A DNA stretch of 64,000 nucleotides from Octopus vulgaris (GCA_951406725.2 OX597840.1:13702001-13766000); one strand, 5' to 3'. Positions 37,116 through 51,642 are shown, numbered from the stretch's first letter. Made by a program: numbers and translations. Notes: generated from the letters alone by a model not told the origin.

Positions 37116-37715
37116 CTATTTCTTTACTACCCACAAGGGGCTAAACACAGAGGGGACAAACAAGGACAGACAGACGGATTAAGCCGATTACATCGACCCC
37201 AGTGCGTAACTGGTACTTATTTAATCGACCCTGAAAGGATGAAAGGCAAAGTCAACCTCGGCAGAATTTGAACTCAGAACGTAAAGACAGACGAAATACC
37301 TATTTCTTTACTACCCACAAGGGGCTAAACATAGAGGGGACAAACAAGGACAGACAGACGGATTAAGTCGATTACATCGACTCCAGTGCGTAACTGGTAC
37401 TTATTTAATCGACCCTGAAAGGATGAAAGGCAAATTCGACCTCGGCGGAATTTGAACTCAGAACATAAAGACAGACGAAATACCTATTTCTTTATTACCC
37501 ACAAGGGGCTAAACACAGAGGGGACAAACAAGGACAGACAGACGGATTAAGTCGATTACATCGACCCCAGTGCGTAACTGGTACTTATTTAATCGATCCT
37601 GAAAGGATGAAAAGCAAAGTCGACCTCGGCGGAATTTGAACTCAGAACGTAAAGACAGACGAAATACTGCTAAGCATTACGCCTGGCATACGAACATTTC
37701 TGCCATCTCGCCACC
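37116..37715 (-). mobile_element. Head-to-tail trimer of SINE family B (183-bp period)
   Basis: Units start at 37116, 37299 and 37482; a single head at ~37665-37715. Confidence 0.9.
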
Positions 37716-38494
37716 ACCAATACCATCAAAACTTTTACAACTATTATTCAACTGCTACCACCACCACCACCACATCTACTTTGACCCCACCACTACAACC
37801 ATACAATGCACAGACACAGGTCTGCCTAAGCCTTTGCTGTCTCCCCCACTCGGCCATTCTTCACTACTGTGTGCTCAGTTATTGTCCATTTTCCTGTTGA
37901 CCTTTTATTTGTCATGCACCGAGTCTGCATTGCATTGTCATTTCCCTTTAACATTCCGTATACACCCACATTACACCAACACACTTCATACTGCACACTG
38001 CCCTATATACACATATACATCCTGTTGTCTGTTTACTTATCCATCTATCTAAACACACACACACACAAGAATCCCCAGTCTTGGGGGAGTAATGTGTTCC
38101 TGAAAAACTTATCTGTAATGTGAAATTTATTTCACTGTTGATTCTCCTGTTTATAACATGAGAATGTCTTCCAAAAGATGTTTACAAAAGAGAAAGGAAA
38201 AAACAACAGCAAAAAACAAAAAAATAGCAAAACAAGAAGCGACAACCACAGTTTCTAAATATATGCAGTCCAATATTTATACGTAAAAACATTTGGTGAA
38301 AAACGTTAAAGAGTAAATAAAAAGAAAACATATTATTGTAATAGGATACATTCTTACAAAAGATGTTGTCTAACATGTGAGGGATAGTGATAATGGAATG
38401 AGAGTTCCCTGGGAGAATGAAGGATTCTTTCTTCTAACTTTGCAGTTCTTCATCAACATTTACTTGAGCAACCAAAGAACTTTTCTCCAGAATT

Positions 38495-39402
38495 ACACTA
38501 TAGATCTTTATTGCAATCAGACCTGGACACAATGCAGCAGTGGATCATGGACTGGCAACTCAAGCTGGCTGTGGACAAATGTACCACCATGCATTATGAG
38601 AGGAAAAACCCAGCGTCCACTTACTCCCTCCACAACACTAATCTCAAAAAGTCTTCTTGTGAACATGATCTGGACGTTATTGTCAACAGCGATTTGTGTT
38701 GGACAAAACACATCGCTCAAATTGCCAAGAAGGCTGAGGGTGTCTTGGCATCACTCACCAAGTCCTTTGTGAGCCGCTCTCCGGCTATATATCAGCGGCT
38801 TTATATAGCTATGGTGCAGCCTCACCTGGAATTTGCACCACCGGTCTGGAACCCCTATCTTGCCCAGGATATTAATTGTCTGGAAACCGTTCAGCGATGT
38901 GCAACCAAGAGAATACCCTCCATCAGGCATTTGCCATATTCTGAACGTCTTACTTCCCTGGGCATGGATACATTGAAACTCCGATGTCTGGCAGCTGACT
39001 TGGCATAAATTTATTAACCATCTTACTAACAATAACTCTGAGCACCTTTTCAAACTCCACCTGTCTAACACCTGTGGACATGGTTACAAAGTCAGAAAAT
39101 GGCACAGCTCCCATGACTTTTGGAAACATTTTTTCACGCTAAGAGTTGCTGAAGTATGGAACAAACTGCCGGCATCAGTTGTTAGTTGTCGGAGCACTGC
39201 ATCCTTCAAAACTTCCATGCTTCCTGAGATTCGCCAACACTACACCTGATTTTCTCCCCTCCATACACACGCAAGCATGTATCTGACTCATACACTGTTC
39301 ACTTCCCAGACATTTGTACATTACTGCATATGCTTTATATGCACTTTTGACAAGTTGTGGTGCACCTGAGCACTGTATACAATAATTTCATTATTATTAT
39401 TA
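38495..39402 (+). mobile_element. CR1/L2-group LINE, 5'-truncated, (ATT)n tail
   Basis: LQSDLD..WQLKLAVDKC..DLDVIVNSDLCWTKHI..LYIAMVQPHLEFAPPVWNPY..LETVQR..LPYSERL. Confidence 0.9.
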
Positions 39403-39542
39403 TATCTTTGTACAGCTCAGAGTAGGAACTGAGTTCATGTAATATGTTTCTTTACCTTCTTGGTTAGCACTGTGAATTATCGGTAAAATTTTGTGACTTA
39501 TGTCTATAAGTGCCAACCTTTTAGCAATATTCTTTGCAATCA

Positions 39543-39709
39543 TAGGCGTAGGAGTGGCTGTGTGGTAAGTAGCTTGCTTATGAACCACATGGTTCCGGGT
39601 TCAGTCCCACTGCGTGGCACCTTGGGCAAGTGTCTTCTACTATAGCCTCGGGCTGACCAAAGCCTTGTGAGTGGATTTGGTAGATGGAAACTGAAAGAAG
39701 CCTGTTGTA

Positions 39710-39762
<53 letters not shown>

Positions 39763-39977
39763 GTTTGTGTGTCTGTGTTTGTCCCCGCCCAACATCGCTT
39801 GACAACCGATGCTGGTGTGTTTACATCCCTGTAACTTAGCGGTTCAGCAGAAGAGAGACCGATAGAATAAGTACTAGTCTTACAAAGAATAAGTTCCGGG
39901 GTCAATTTGCTCAACTAAAGGCGGTTCTCCAGCATGGCCACAGTCAAATGACTGAAACAAGTAAAAGAGTAAAAGAA
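39543..39977 (+). mobile_element. SINE family A, full length
   Basis: Matches the family pattern. Confidence 0.9.
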
Positions 39978-40739
39978 TTATATTAAGGAGGGTTGGCGGA
40001 ATTTCCATATTCTCTGTTTGCTCTTCTTCTAACAACATCAGTTTCCCATTAAATGTGATTTCTCCAAGGGACACCTGCAACTCAACCACATCATCCTGTG
40101 TGGCTTCTTGAAACCCTTTATCACATGCAAGTATATTCTTTTTATTTGTTTCAGTCATTTGACTGCAGCCATGCTGGAGCACCACCTTTAGTCGAGCAAA
40201 CTGACCCCAGGACTTATTCTTTGTTAAGCCTAGTACTTATTCTACTGGTCTATCTTGCCGAACTGCTAAGTGACAGGGACGTAAACACACCAGCATCGGT
40301 TGTCAAGCGATGTTGGGGGAACAAGCACAGACACACAAACATATACAAACACACACACACACATATATATATATATAAAAATTTATAAATAAGGATAATA
40401 TCGATATTTAAATATCAATATTATCAAGTGGCCAGCATGGGAAAAAATACCGTACAAAGGTAATAGTTTTTTACAACTAAAAATAAGGGTGTCTGAGAGA
40501 CACCACCATGCCGGAATCGCAGTATTGAAAGAAATGAAATTGCTCTCTGAAAGGAATCAGGCTGGAGACCAAATAAAGAACTCTTGTGATGTATTTGAAG
40601 GGCTGACTGGTCTTTTCCAGGCTTGTACTTTATTTTCTTTATCTCTAAACAAACCAACTGACTTAGAATTTTTATAAGAGACAGGGAAGAAAATTTTAAT
40701 GCTTGAAGAACTTGTCAGTGTTGAATCACTTCTTTTGTG

Positions 40740-41400
40740 AGATGCATTGGTTCTCTAGAGGACAGGATCTGAGTAGATTTTGGAAACTGAAAATACTATT
40801 AATTATTTTCTGGAAGAGAATGTTGTGAAAAACAATTGGCGGATCATCATCATCATCATCATCATCGTTTAACGTCCGCTTTCCATGCTAGCATGGGTTG
40901 GACGGTTCAACTGGGGTCTGGCAAGCCCGAAGGCTGCACCAGGCCAGTCAGATCTGGCAGTGTTTCTACAGCTGGATGCCCTTCATATTTAGTAATTTTT
41001 GTTGATGTAACTATCCGTTCTAATGAGCTAAATTTGGAGCTGCAGAGAAAGAACAAATTGTTATTTAGCTTGGTAAATGTGGTCAATGAATTCAAGATGA
41101 AATTAAAACTGTTCATCTCTTAGTTAGAAAATGAGGATTTGAACAAAGAACAAAGTTTCTATAACCGAAAGAACTGTGAATGTCCTGAAGATAATGTCAA
41201 TTTGACAAAATATGTTAAAAAAAAAAAAGAGAGAGAGAGAGAAAGAAAGAACCAGATTATTGCAAGTCATTTGAAAGTCGTTTTCAGGATTTTTTTAAGA
41301 AAACTGCATTCAAGCATTTATAAAACTGTTTGCAATTAGCGAGGCAAAAATCATTAAAATGTCTTGTAATATAGAAATGGAACTCATTGACTTGTTTCTA
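40740..41400 (+). mobile_element. hAT (SPIN/GTF2IRD2-like) transposase remnant, interrupted by an RTE 3' end at 40843-40983
   Basis: WFSRGQ..SRFWKLK; LVIFVDVTIRSNELNLELQRKNKLLFSLVNVVNEFKMKLKLF. Confidence 0.7.
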
Positions 41401-41703
41401 AGCTGTATAAATGTAAACACAGATATGGACACATGCATATAACATCATTATTTTAGAATCTGTTTTTCCATGCTAGCATGGGTCACACAGTATTTTTTGA
41501 GGCAAATTTTTTAATGCAGGATGCCCTTCCTGTTGTCAACACTTACTTGTTTCCTAGCGAGTTAATATTTCCCCATGGCTGAACATGTTATCATAGAATA
41601 TTGGGAATGAAGAACACTGCTTCTATGATGATGCTTGTTCACAAATATTATACAATGTCAAGGTATGGAGATGCAAACACACACGGGCATTTGCACATAT
41701 GTA

Positions 41704-41719
<16 letters not shown>

Positions 41720-41743
<24 letters not shown>

Positions 41744-42125
41744 AATTATTGTATACAGTGCTCAGGTGCACCACAACTTGTCAAAAGTGCATAAAAAGTA
41801 CATGCAGTAATGCACAAATATCTGGGAAGCGGACAGTGTATGAGTCAGATACATGTTTGCGTGTGTAAGGAGGGGAGAAAATCAGGTGTAGTGTTGGCGA
41901 ATCTCAGAAAGCATGGAAGTTTTGAAGGAAGCAGTGCTCCGACAACTAACAACTGATACCGGCAGTTTGTTCCATACTTCAGCAACTCTTAGCATGAAAA
42001 AATGTTTCCTGAAGTCATGGGAGCTGTGCCGTTTTCTGACTTTGTAAACATATCCACGAATGTTAGACAGGTGGAGTTTGAAAAGGAGCTCAGAGTTATT
42101 GTTTGTAAGATGGTTAATAATTTTA
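41720..42125 (-). mobile_element. CR1/L2 LINE 3' end, same family as 38495-39402
   Basis: Reverse complement of ~39005-39400. Confidence 0.85.
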
Positions 42126-42961
42126 TGGGTGAGACAAGATTCAGGATTTATGGATTACGAGCAAAACGCCCCCCCCCCGTCCAATAGACAGTGCTGAGTT
42201 TTCAAACATTTAAACCAATTTTTCTCAAAAACAACTTGTCTGACCTCCCATAGGCCTCCCTTTGAGAAACACTGATTTAACCTAAATTTGAGACACCAGC
42301 AAAAGAAGAAATAAAGATAGACTTTTTTCTATTCCAAAGAAAAACGATTTTATTCACACAAATATGCAACCAAAGAGTTTAAAGTACCAGTAATGATAAG
42401 GCTGTTGACTGGGAGAACACAAACATGGTTTAAACAGTAAGCTTGGCAGGAAAGAAACGTGCCTTTAAGCAGTACAAAAACAACAAAAACTGGAAGGTGC
42501 AGTTATGTACAGGTTGACGGAAGAAAAGCAGGACAAAAATGGCTTTATCGATAGCATTCTCACCTGGAATTGATTTTTGTAATTTTTTCAAGACTTATAC
42601 TCGCCCTGATACTGTTGGTATCTACATATCAAATTTGAGCGCAATCGGATGGAGGATGCCCGAGATCCGAGAAGACACACAGACAGAAAGACAGAACAGA
42701 TTTTATATAAGAGATATTCACTCTCAAAGCATTCTTCAGCCTGGTCCTATCATAGAAGACATTTGCCTTATCATGCACTGGCACTGCACCCAAAACTATG
42801 TGGCTGGGATACACACTCAGCAGACTCCGACACCATTTCCAGATACCAAATTCTAGTCCCATGGTATTGGGCAGCCCAAACAACTACACAGCAAGATTGA
42901 ATGTAAAACATATATTTGCAAAGCAAAATTTTTAACCATAAAGCATTTCTTGTGTCCATGA

Positions 42962-43344
42962 TCTCTCTCTATATAAACGGCAGTTTGTCTGTGCGTGTTT
43001 CTGTGTGTCTGTTTTCTTGTACCCTCACCCTGACCACGGCTTTCAACCGATTCTGATGAAACTTGACACACACATAGCCCAATGTCATAATTTAAAACTA
43101 ACACAGCGAAAATTTTGAAAAGTTCCCCCAGTTCTGAAAAAAATCGATAAATTCGACATGGGGTCGAGAATCAGAAACACAAACCGCAAACTGTCTAGGG
43201 GACGCAACTCCACCTTTTTTAACTAAAAAAAAAATTTACCATCATTTTTTTCCATCTTTTTGCTATTTTTTGGCTATAACTCTCTAAAAATGCTTTATAG
43301 TTATTTCCCTTACAAACCTGAGCAACGCCGGGCGATACTGCTAG
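42962..43344 (+). mobile_element. Non-autonomous Helitron, second copy
   Basis: TC...CTAG termini at an A/T site; near-identical to 4845-5231. Confidence 0.8.
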
Positions 43345-43999
43345 TATTTCATAAAAGATATTTATTTTTACCAAACATTGATAAGGAACATAAATCCAAT
43401 TCCTCTGTGTGTGTGTGTGTGTGTGTGAGCAAAAAGGAATGAATGGTTCATTCTAAATCCAAGTTCTTTTTTTTAATGTTACTGGCAAAATACAAGCATT
43501 TCAATAAATTTTAAACGTTTACAAATTAATGTTTGTGCTAGCATGCAAAATATAGTTTCTTATCTTCATGTATGAATAGCTCAGCCAATTGTTGAGTTAT
43601 TCATAGATCTTCACTTGCAGGCCTCAATGACACTGCCATTGTTATGTCTGTATCGAGGTTATTTTGGTATGTACTGATTATTTAAATCAGTTATATTATA
43701 AAAACTCAATACCGATAGACTTAATGGGGCAAGCAAGATAACTTTAATTGATTTTGACTACAGTCATTGCTACTGTGGCATCGCAGCTCCCACCCCAGAC
43801 CAACCCTGACTAGATAGACCTACAAACATAAGCAATCCATTCATGGCATTTCAGTCATATTGTATATGAAGGATTAGATTATCCTTCTTTACTTAGAAAT
43901 AGAAGTGCAATTCAAGGGATATTTGGCTGTTATTTCTAGCAGGTTGTGCAACCCTATAGGAGTAATGTTAGTGCTTAAATCAAAGGTAAGAAGGATTAC

Positions 44000-44385
44000 T
44001 CTTTTACTCGTTTATTTGTTTCAGTCATGTGACTGTGACCATGCTGGAGCACCGCCTTTAGTTGAGCAAATCGACCCCAGGACTTATTCTTTGTAAGCCT
44101 AGTACTTATTCTATTGGTCTCTTTTACTAAGTTACGGGGACATAAACACACCAGCATTGGTTGTCAAGTGATGTTGGGGGGACAAACACAGACACACAAT
44201 CATATATACATACATATATACGACAGGCTTCTTTCAGTTTCCGTCTACCAAATCCACTCACAAAGCTTTGGTTGGCCCAAGGCTATAGCAGAAGACACTT
44301 GCCCAAGGTGCCACACAGTGGGACTGAACCTGGGACCATGTGGTTTGTAAGCAAGCTACTTACCACACAGCCACTCCCGCGCCTA
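44000..44385 (-). mobile_element. SINE family A
   Basis: Matches the family pattern. Confidence 0.85.
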
Positions 44386-45308
44386 TAACTAAAAATTTTT
44401 TTAAATGTTTATTTGAAATGCTAGTACAACTACTGCAATCATCTCTTAGAGAAATTTTAGAACTAGCTTTTTAGCTTGTAGCAAAATCAGTGAATGTGTG
44501 TTGCTTGAATTTATATATATTGTGAGCAGAGGCTATTTCTATCAGAAATGGTGTCCATTACTAAAGAGAGGCAGAAATATCCCGAAACCAGATTGCTCCG
44601 CCGGTCCCATCGCTAGAGGATGGTATGGGTTCATTCCCGTGTTAGCAATATATCGGATGCAACTTTGCATCATTTACCAGCTAAAGGAGATGTCCTCTTG
44701 GGGTTAAAAAAAGTCCCAGTAAAGTCCGTTTGAACGGAACAGGGAGCGTAGTATGATCCTCAGCAAGTTAAAAGTGAGACATAGGATCTGTTGTTTGGAC
44801 CCTTGTTATTTCAGCGACCTCGTGTGTACTACAGGAGTGCTCTGTCAGCTCTGATCTGGGGTTACACAACAACAACAACAACCCAACCAGGACCACCTCT
44901 TCTGGTTGGCCAAGTATATCATTGTAGTCTCCAATTAACGTGTCATTTTTCTCCTTGTTAAAGAATATTGATGACTAAATCAATAATAGTTATGTATTGA
45001 TTATGTGTTGTTGACAGGAGAGTCGTTTCCATGTTTCCCTAATGCTTCCTTTCCGAACTTTTTCTCCTTCAGCTGTCTCCCTATTGTCTTTCCAATGGAA
45101 GATATTGACTTGTAGGAGAACAGAACACCACCACCACCACCACCACTACTACTACGCCATTATCATTAACACCAACACCCCTACCATGACATGAACACTG
45201 TCACACCACTACACTGCAACCACCACCTCCTTAGTTATTATCAACAGAACCAGCAGCACTGCCATAATACCAACACCACTACCACTATCACATAAGCAGA
45301 AGCCCATC

Positions 45309-45367
<59 letters not shown>

Positions 45368-45604
45368 GTATTTCTGTCAGTTTGTGTGTGTGTGTATGTG
45401 TGTGTAATCTTTGAGGATTTTTAAAAGAAGAGAAAGTACAGTTGCTTGGTGATACAGTCTGGATATATTATTTGAGGTTATTATTGGGGTACGGAGCATG
45501 GTGGGGATATCATTGTTAGATCTACAGAGCACCACACCACACCATGATATCAGGGTATAAAGGAGATTTACGCAGTCATTGCATCTACTAGAAACAGCAG
45601 CCAA

Positions 45605-45835
45605 GGCAGCGAGCTGGCAGAAACGTTAGCACGCTGGACGAAATGCTTAGCAGTATTTCGTCTGCCGTTACATTCTGAGTTCAAATTCCACCGAGGTTGA
45701 CTTTGCCTTTCATCCTTTCGGGGTCGATAAATTAAGTACCAGTTATGCACTGGGGTTGATGTAATCGACTTAATCCTTTTGTCTGTCCTTGTTTGTCCCC
45801 TCTATGTTTAGCCCCTTGTGGGTAATAAAGAAATA
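45605..45835 (+). mobile_element. SINE family B, full length, 15-bp TSD AGAAACAGCAGCCAA
   Basis: TSD at 45590-45604 and 45836-45850. Confidence 0.9.
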
Positions 45836-46984
45836 AGAAACAGCAGCCAAGTATCTTTCAGTGCAAACTATGGTTTTAAAAATGGACATGGATAATATAA
45901 TCACACAAGCTCTCAGCACTTAGGAAAAGACAGGTTGATTATAAGATTTTCTCAATCAGGATTACCTGGGGTTAAATAATACATGAGAATATACTATGTT
46001 ACATCAAACTACATGAATAACAACAAAGACAATAACATCTTCGTTATCACCACCACCACCACCACCACACCATCATCTGTACACTTCATGATAGAATGGG
46101 AGTGAGCCCCTGGGGTTTTTTGGGAAGCAGTGGTATGTACTTTCTTCATGGGGATGGACAGAGGTAATGAAATGGTGGCATAGCAGACAAAGAAAAGGAA
46201 GCTGAAACCAAGGGCAATTACATCACATGAGAAGCCCATCTCTCGCTCTCATTCTCTCTCTCTCTCTCTCTCTCCCTCTGTCTTGGAGAAATGACCTTTG
46301 AAAAGCTGATTGAAGACTGATGAATCTACTCAACAAACTGTAAGAAGTGGGAGGGAATATTGTGCTGATTGAAGAGGAGACAGGTTCTGATTGTGTAGAA
46401 TATTTGAATGCTAGACTATTGGTAAAAGACAATAGTCTGTAGAAAACTAGAGGGTAATTACCCCAGGGGACTAGGGAGAATTATTGCCTTGTCCAACTGG
46501 GAAAATGCTCCCAGATACGTTGGAGAACCAGTTTCCAGTATCAGGTGGGGAAGGTGGTTGCTCTGATCTAACCTAAAAGATGGAACATTCTAACTTGATT
46601 TTTATGTATCCATATATGTCAGTTGTGGGAAACTTTCAAGAGAATTGAAAAGCAGAAGGCCTTCAGAGAAGAAACCCCACTCAAGCAAGTTCTTAGGCCC
46701 TTAACTTCTTATACTCTAAAGGGACTGGGCTGGACCATGTCCAAATCATGACTCTTGGGGGCTCTTCTGCAGACACTTTTTATCCTCTTAAATATCGGAA
46801 ACTTGTGCATTTAAACCGTTTGGAGATTACATGCAGTTGTAACTCCTTTCTGTTGGCTCAGCTTTCAAACTTATATTTAACCATTTCGCATTCAGATTAT
46901 TCTGTCAAATGTAATGCTTATGTATTCACATTGCTTTTGATTAATCATGCATTATCTCAAAATTTTGAGATTTAAATGATGACG

Positions 46985-47830
46985 ATCATCATCATCGTTT
47001 AACGTCCGTTTTCCATGCCAGCATGAGTTGAACAATTTGACTGAGGACTGGCAGACCAGATAGCTGCACCAGACTCCAATCTGATATGGCAGAGTTTCTA
47101 CAGCTGGATGCCCTTCCTAACCAATAACCACTCTGAGAGTGTAGTGGGTGCTTTTACGTGCCACCAGCACGAGGGCCAGTCAGGCAGTACTGGCAACAGT
47201 TACGGAAAATCATGTTTTTTTTTTTATCCAGAAGAACTCATACATCAGTTTAGTGTTAGCAATTATGTGCAGGCTCAAGTGACAGTAAGGCAACACTGGT
47301 AACAGTCACACTCGAATGGTGCTTTTTACGTGTCACCAGCATGGAAACCAGTTAGCTTCTTTGGCAACAATCATGCTCAGATGGTGCTCTTAGCGCTCCA
47401 CTAGCACGAATGTCAGTCATGAGGTGTTGTCATTGAATTTTATTTCAATTTCACTTGTCCCAACAGGTCTTCGCAAGCAGAGTTTAGTGTCCAATGAAGG
47501 AAAGGTATGCATAAGTGGGCTGGTTACACCCCTGGCATAGACCACGTGGTTATGATCTCACTTGGCTTGCCGGGTCTTCTCAAGCACAGCATATTTCCAA
47601 AGGCCTTGGTCACAAGTCATTGCCTCAGTGAGGCCTAATTTTCGATGGTTGTGCTTCGCCACTTCATCCCAGGTCTTCCTGGGTCTATCTCTTCCACAGA
47701 TTCCCTCAACCGCTAGGGTGTAGCACTTTTTCACACAGCTATCCTCATCCATTCTCGCCACATGACCATACCAGTTCAGTCGTCTCTCTTGCACACCACA
47801 TCTGATGCTTTTAGGTCCAAATTTTCTCTC
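46985..47830 (-). mobile_element. RTE LINE 3' end (ORF C-terminus, 3'UTR, (GAT)n) inserted in a MITE
   Basis: RRLNWYGHVARMDEDSCVKKC..GRDRPRKTWDEV. Confidence 0.9.
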
Positions 47831-48354
47831 AGTTGTTTATTATTAGAATGACATTGTAGGGTAGGTTTGAGAGGCCTGATCTGGCCAGTTTGAACATAAA
47901 ACAAGTAGAATATTTGGGCCTAATATGGCTGGTTTAAATGCTGATAGACTCTGGCTGAAAAACCACGTCAATACTCCATTACAGGGGCTCTCTACTTAGA
48001 GAAGGATTTGAAGGTGTCAAGATAGAATTAGGATCAATAATCAATAAAATGTGACTTTCTTTAGATTGCATAGAATCTGTAGAATTATAGAATTGCTGTT
48101 TATTTTAAATTTAATTTATGATAATCAATAAAATTTACTGAATGTCACAGATTAAATTAAAAATAAATATTTCATTCTCTATTTGTAGAAATATTGCATT
48201 TATTATCTTTGAATTAATATTGGTTTTAATAATATAATTTTGGGCTCATCATGGTTGTCAAAAAAGGGAGTACAATCGTTTATATATCTATAATAATAAA
48301 ATCGAAATTCTGTCTGTCTGTCCATCTGGGACCCCTGTATCTCAGTCTATGTTT

Positions 48355-48915
48355 GTTCTACATAGACATATTATACCTTTTCGGAATCAGGATGACCCCA
48401 GCATTGAAAATCTGCCCTTCCTCTGGTTCTTGAACATCCAGCATTTGGATCTGATTTAAAAGCATTTGAGTTGCTATTTCTAGCAGATAAAGCTTGGTTG
48501 ATTCATGACATCTTTGTCAGATGACGTCAGAGATCAAGGGGGAGATAAATGCTAATTTTACATCGAGATAAAGATTTTGGTACAAATTGACCAACTGTTG
48601 GAATTCAACTTGGGACTGGAACAATAGAATGATTGCATTACAGAATTAATTCTCATCCACCCTTAACCTCTGATCAAACATCACGGAGGCATATAGTCAT
48701 TATAGATGTATTGTAGCCATGCTGTTTAGCTCTCTTTAGTTTTGGGCTGCAGGCCCAGTCAGCCCTACATTCACTCTACATAGACATATTATACTGTTTG
48801 GGAATCAGGATGATCCCAGGATTGAAAACCTGCTCTTTCTTTGGTTCTTGAACATGCAGCATTGGGATCTGATTTAAAAGCGTTTGTGTTGCTATTTCTA
48901 GCAGATAAAGCTGAG
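48355..48915 (+). repeat. ~140-bp imperfect direct repeat (48355-48495 and 48775-48915)
   Basis: TCTACATAGACATATTATAC..GGAATCAGGATGA..TTGCTATTTCTAGCAGATAAAGCT occurs twice. Confidence 0.85.
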
Positions 48916-49221
48916 CTGATTCACACAGTGCTGCTTTTAAGCTGGTTCAATATAATTTCATATCTATTTATCATCAATGGAGAGGAATATCTCAATGTGC
49001 TAGCCATAACAAACTGTTGCCAAACAAATTCTCTGAAACCAGAATATAATGGAAATGTCTATAGGATGAATTTGGATGGAATAGGGGCATTCCAAGAAAT
49101 CACCAAAAAACGTTATTGAAGCTCCGTATGTTGTTTTACTGGAGTTAACAAAGTAGAAAAAGACACGATTGAAGATATTTCCATCAAGTTTTATGCTCTT
49201 AATGTGACAGAAACTGTAGGG

Positions 49222-49451
49222 CAGTGCTTTTCAAACTTTTTGCTGGAGCGGAACCCCAAGGAAACATTCCACTGGCTCGAGGAACCCCTGTGCAATAATT
49301 TAATTGTCTTATGCACACATATCTGCACAGGAGAATTAAAAATTACTGCCGATTTTAGCAGTTTTGTAACTTCTTGCAGAACCCCTGGACTGTACTGGCG
49401 GAACCCTAAGGTTCCACAGAACCCTGGTTGAACCCTGGTTGAAAACCACTG
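49222..49451. mobile_element. hAT MITE with 8-bp TSD CTGTAGGG
   Basis: TIR CAGTGCTTTTCAA / TTGAAAACCACTG; TSD at 49214-49221 and 49452-49459. Confidence 0.9.
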
Positions 49452-49959
49452 CTGTAGGGGGAAATGAACTGGAGAGAAATGAACTGGAGAGAAATGAACT
49501 GGAGCAAATTCACTACACAGTACTGTTGAAAGGAAACCTTTTCTGAAATATCTCGGATGTAGTTTTTCAGAAAGAGAACCTCCCCTGTGAATGAACTTGA
49601 GTGAACATATCTTACAAACACCAATGAATGATACAACATCAAAAATAAGCTAAATGCCTCCAATTTAGTATTGTACGCAATTTGAGCCTCGACATCGATG
49701 GTCGTCCTGTGTACAGTACTGTTTATTCGTTTATTCTTTTACTTGTTTCAGTTATTTGACTGCAGCCATGCTGGAGCACCAGTTTATTTCTCCAGTCTCT
49801 TTCGCAATTTCCCATGTTTAGGGCAAAGAGGACAAAGTTAAAGTTTTTCCCAGTTGTATTCTTTGGTTTTCTTCTTTAATATTTCCAACTTTAAAAAGAA
49901 TTTTGATAACCTTTTGGTGTATTGTTTGGAACTCCCTATTTGAATCCAGCTCCATCATG

Positions 49960-50535
49960 TATTTTGCCTATTTGATCAATATTTTTGAGCAATTGAACAT
50001 ATTGAATCTTCAGATGCAAAGAAGGAATACAAATATACATTCATTGATTCTTTGAAAGCTTTCATAAACCAACTCGAAAATTGGAAGAGAAAAATCTATA
50101 TAAAACAAAGTTACAATATTTGAAAAACTTTGTTGTTAATGGTGAAGACCAAATGCTTCCAAAATTTGAAAAACATGGAATTTTGCAACATTTTACAGTA
50201 TGAGAAAATTAGCGAAGATATATTTCCGAATTCAGTAATAAGGGGTTTCATTCACCACAAAACTGATTTCAGTTGAAAAAGTTTTTGATTATTGTGAAAG
50301 TCAATTTCTGGAGTCGAAGAGTGATTCGAGGACAAAAGATATGAGAAATCAATCAGAATTTGGTCCTTTGATGTGCAATATCTACCTGCCAGGGAGAGAG
50401 CTTTATATGTATTGCTTCCATCTATGTCAACATATCTTTGTGAAGCAGGCTTTTCAACTTTGAAATTACAAATGAAAATGAAGCAATGAGTTAGACTGGC
50501 AGTTGAAAATGACCAGAGTTGAACCCTTTCAAGTC
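49960..50535 (+). mobile_element. hAT (Buster/Charlie-like) transposase C-terminal remnant
   Basis: AYLINIFEQLNILNLQMQ..SLKAFINQLENWKRK; ALYVLLPSMSTYLCEAGFSTL. Confidence 0.8.
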
Positions 50536-51224
50536 CTCTTCCATGAATCCAATTACGGAAGAAGAAAAAAAGAAAAATAATAATTGCAGGTTTCCCATCG
50601 ACTGCATTCTTCATCAGAATAAAGAAAATTAAAATGCCTGGCATTCTAATGAACCTTTTGTTTAGTGAAGTATGCTTCAGTTACTTTAGTCTGTTAACTA
50701 ATTAGTTACAAAGAAGAAACAAGAAAGAAAATAGCAAAAATAACAAACAAGAAACTTTTGTTCAACTTTTAAACTCCATCGACATTTTCTATTGTTATTA
50801 AAGTTGTGGAATGCCATTACAAAAATAATCAAAATAAATAAATAAGAACATAAAAAAAGGAAATAAATAAATAAATAAAAAAGAACTTCAATATTATGTG
50901 GAGTCCTTGAGAAACACTCATTTATTATCAGCTGGTAAAAAAAAAAACCTGCCCAGAAGACATAGAAAGCTACTTACCTTCTCAATTCAGAAAATGCTTT
51001 CAGGTATTCTAACTGTTCACAATACAATATGTGGAATGTAGGAAGAAACATGGATGGCTCTGATCCAATTTTAAATGGTGGCATCTCATATGTGCATGGG
51101 TGAGCTATATCTAGGGACATGCTACCTCTCCACCAAACTTTATTTCATTCTTGTAGGCATTTTAAAAATTATATTTCATTTAATCGTGTATATGTGTATG
51201 TGTGTGTGTGTGTGTATGTACTCT

Positions 51225-51642
51225 ACTCTCTTTACTCTTTTACTTGTTTCAGTCATTTGACTGTGGCCATGCTGGAGTACCGCCTATACTTGAGCAAATC
51301 AACCCCCAGGACTTATTCTTTGTAAGCCTAGTACTTATTCTATATCAGTCTCTTTTGCCGAGCCGCTAAGTTACGGGGAAGTAAACACACCAGCATCGGT
51401 TGTCAAGTGACATTGGGGGGGGGGGGGGACAAACACAGACACAGAAACACACATAAATATATATACATACATATATACGACGAGCTTCTTTCAATTTCCG
51501 TCTATCAAATCCACTCACAAGGCTTTGGTCGGCCTGAGGCTATAGTAGAAGACACTTGCCTAAGGTGCCACACAGTGGGACTGAACCCGGAACCATGTGG
51601 TTGGTAAGCAAGCTACTTACCACACATTCACTCCTACACCTA
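51225..51642 (-). mobile_element. SINE family A
   Basis: Matches the family pattern. Confidence 0.85.

Noticed and set aside
43621-43666. Plus-strand micro-exon candidates (also 57306-57377 and the acceptor at 55761)
   Set aside because: Plausible splice sites, but no phase-consistent chain or recognisable peptide.
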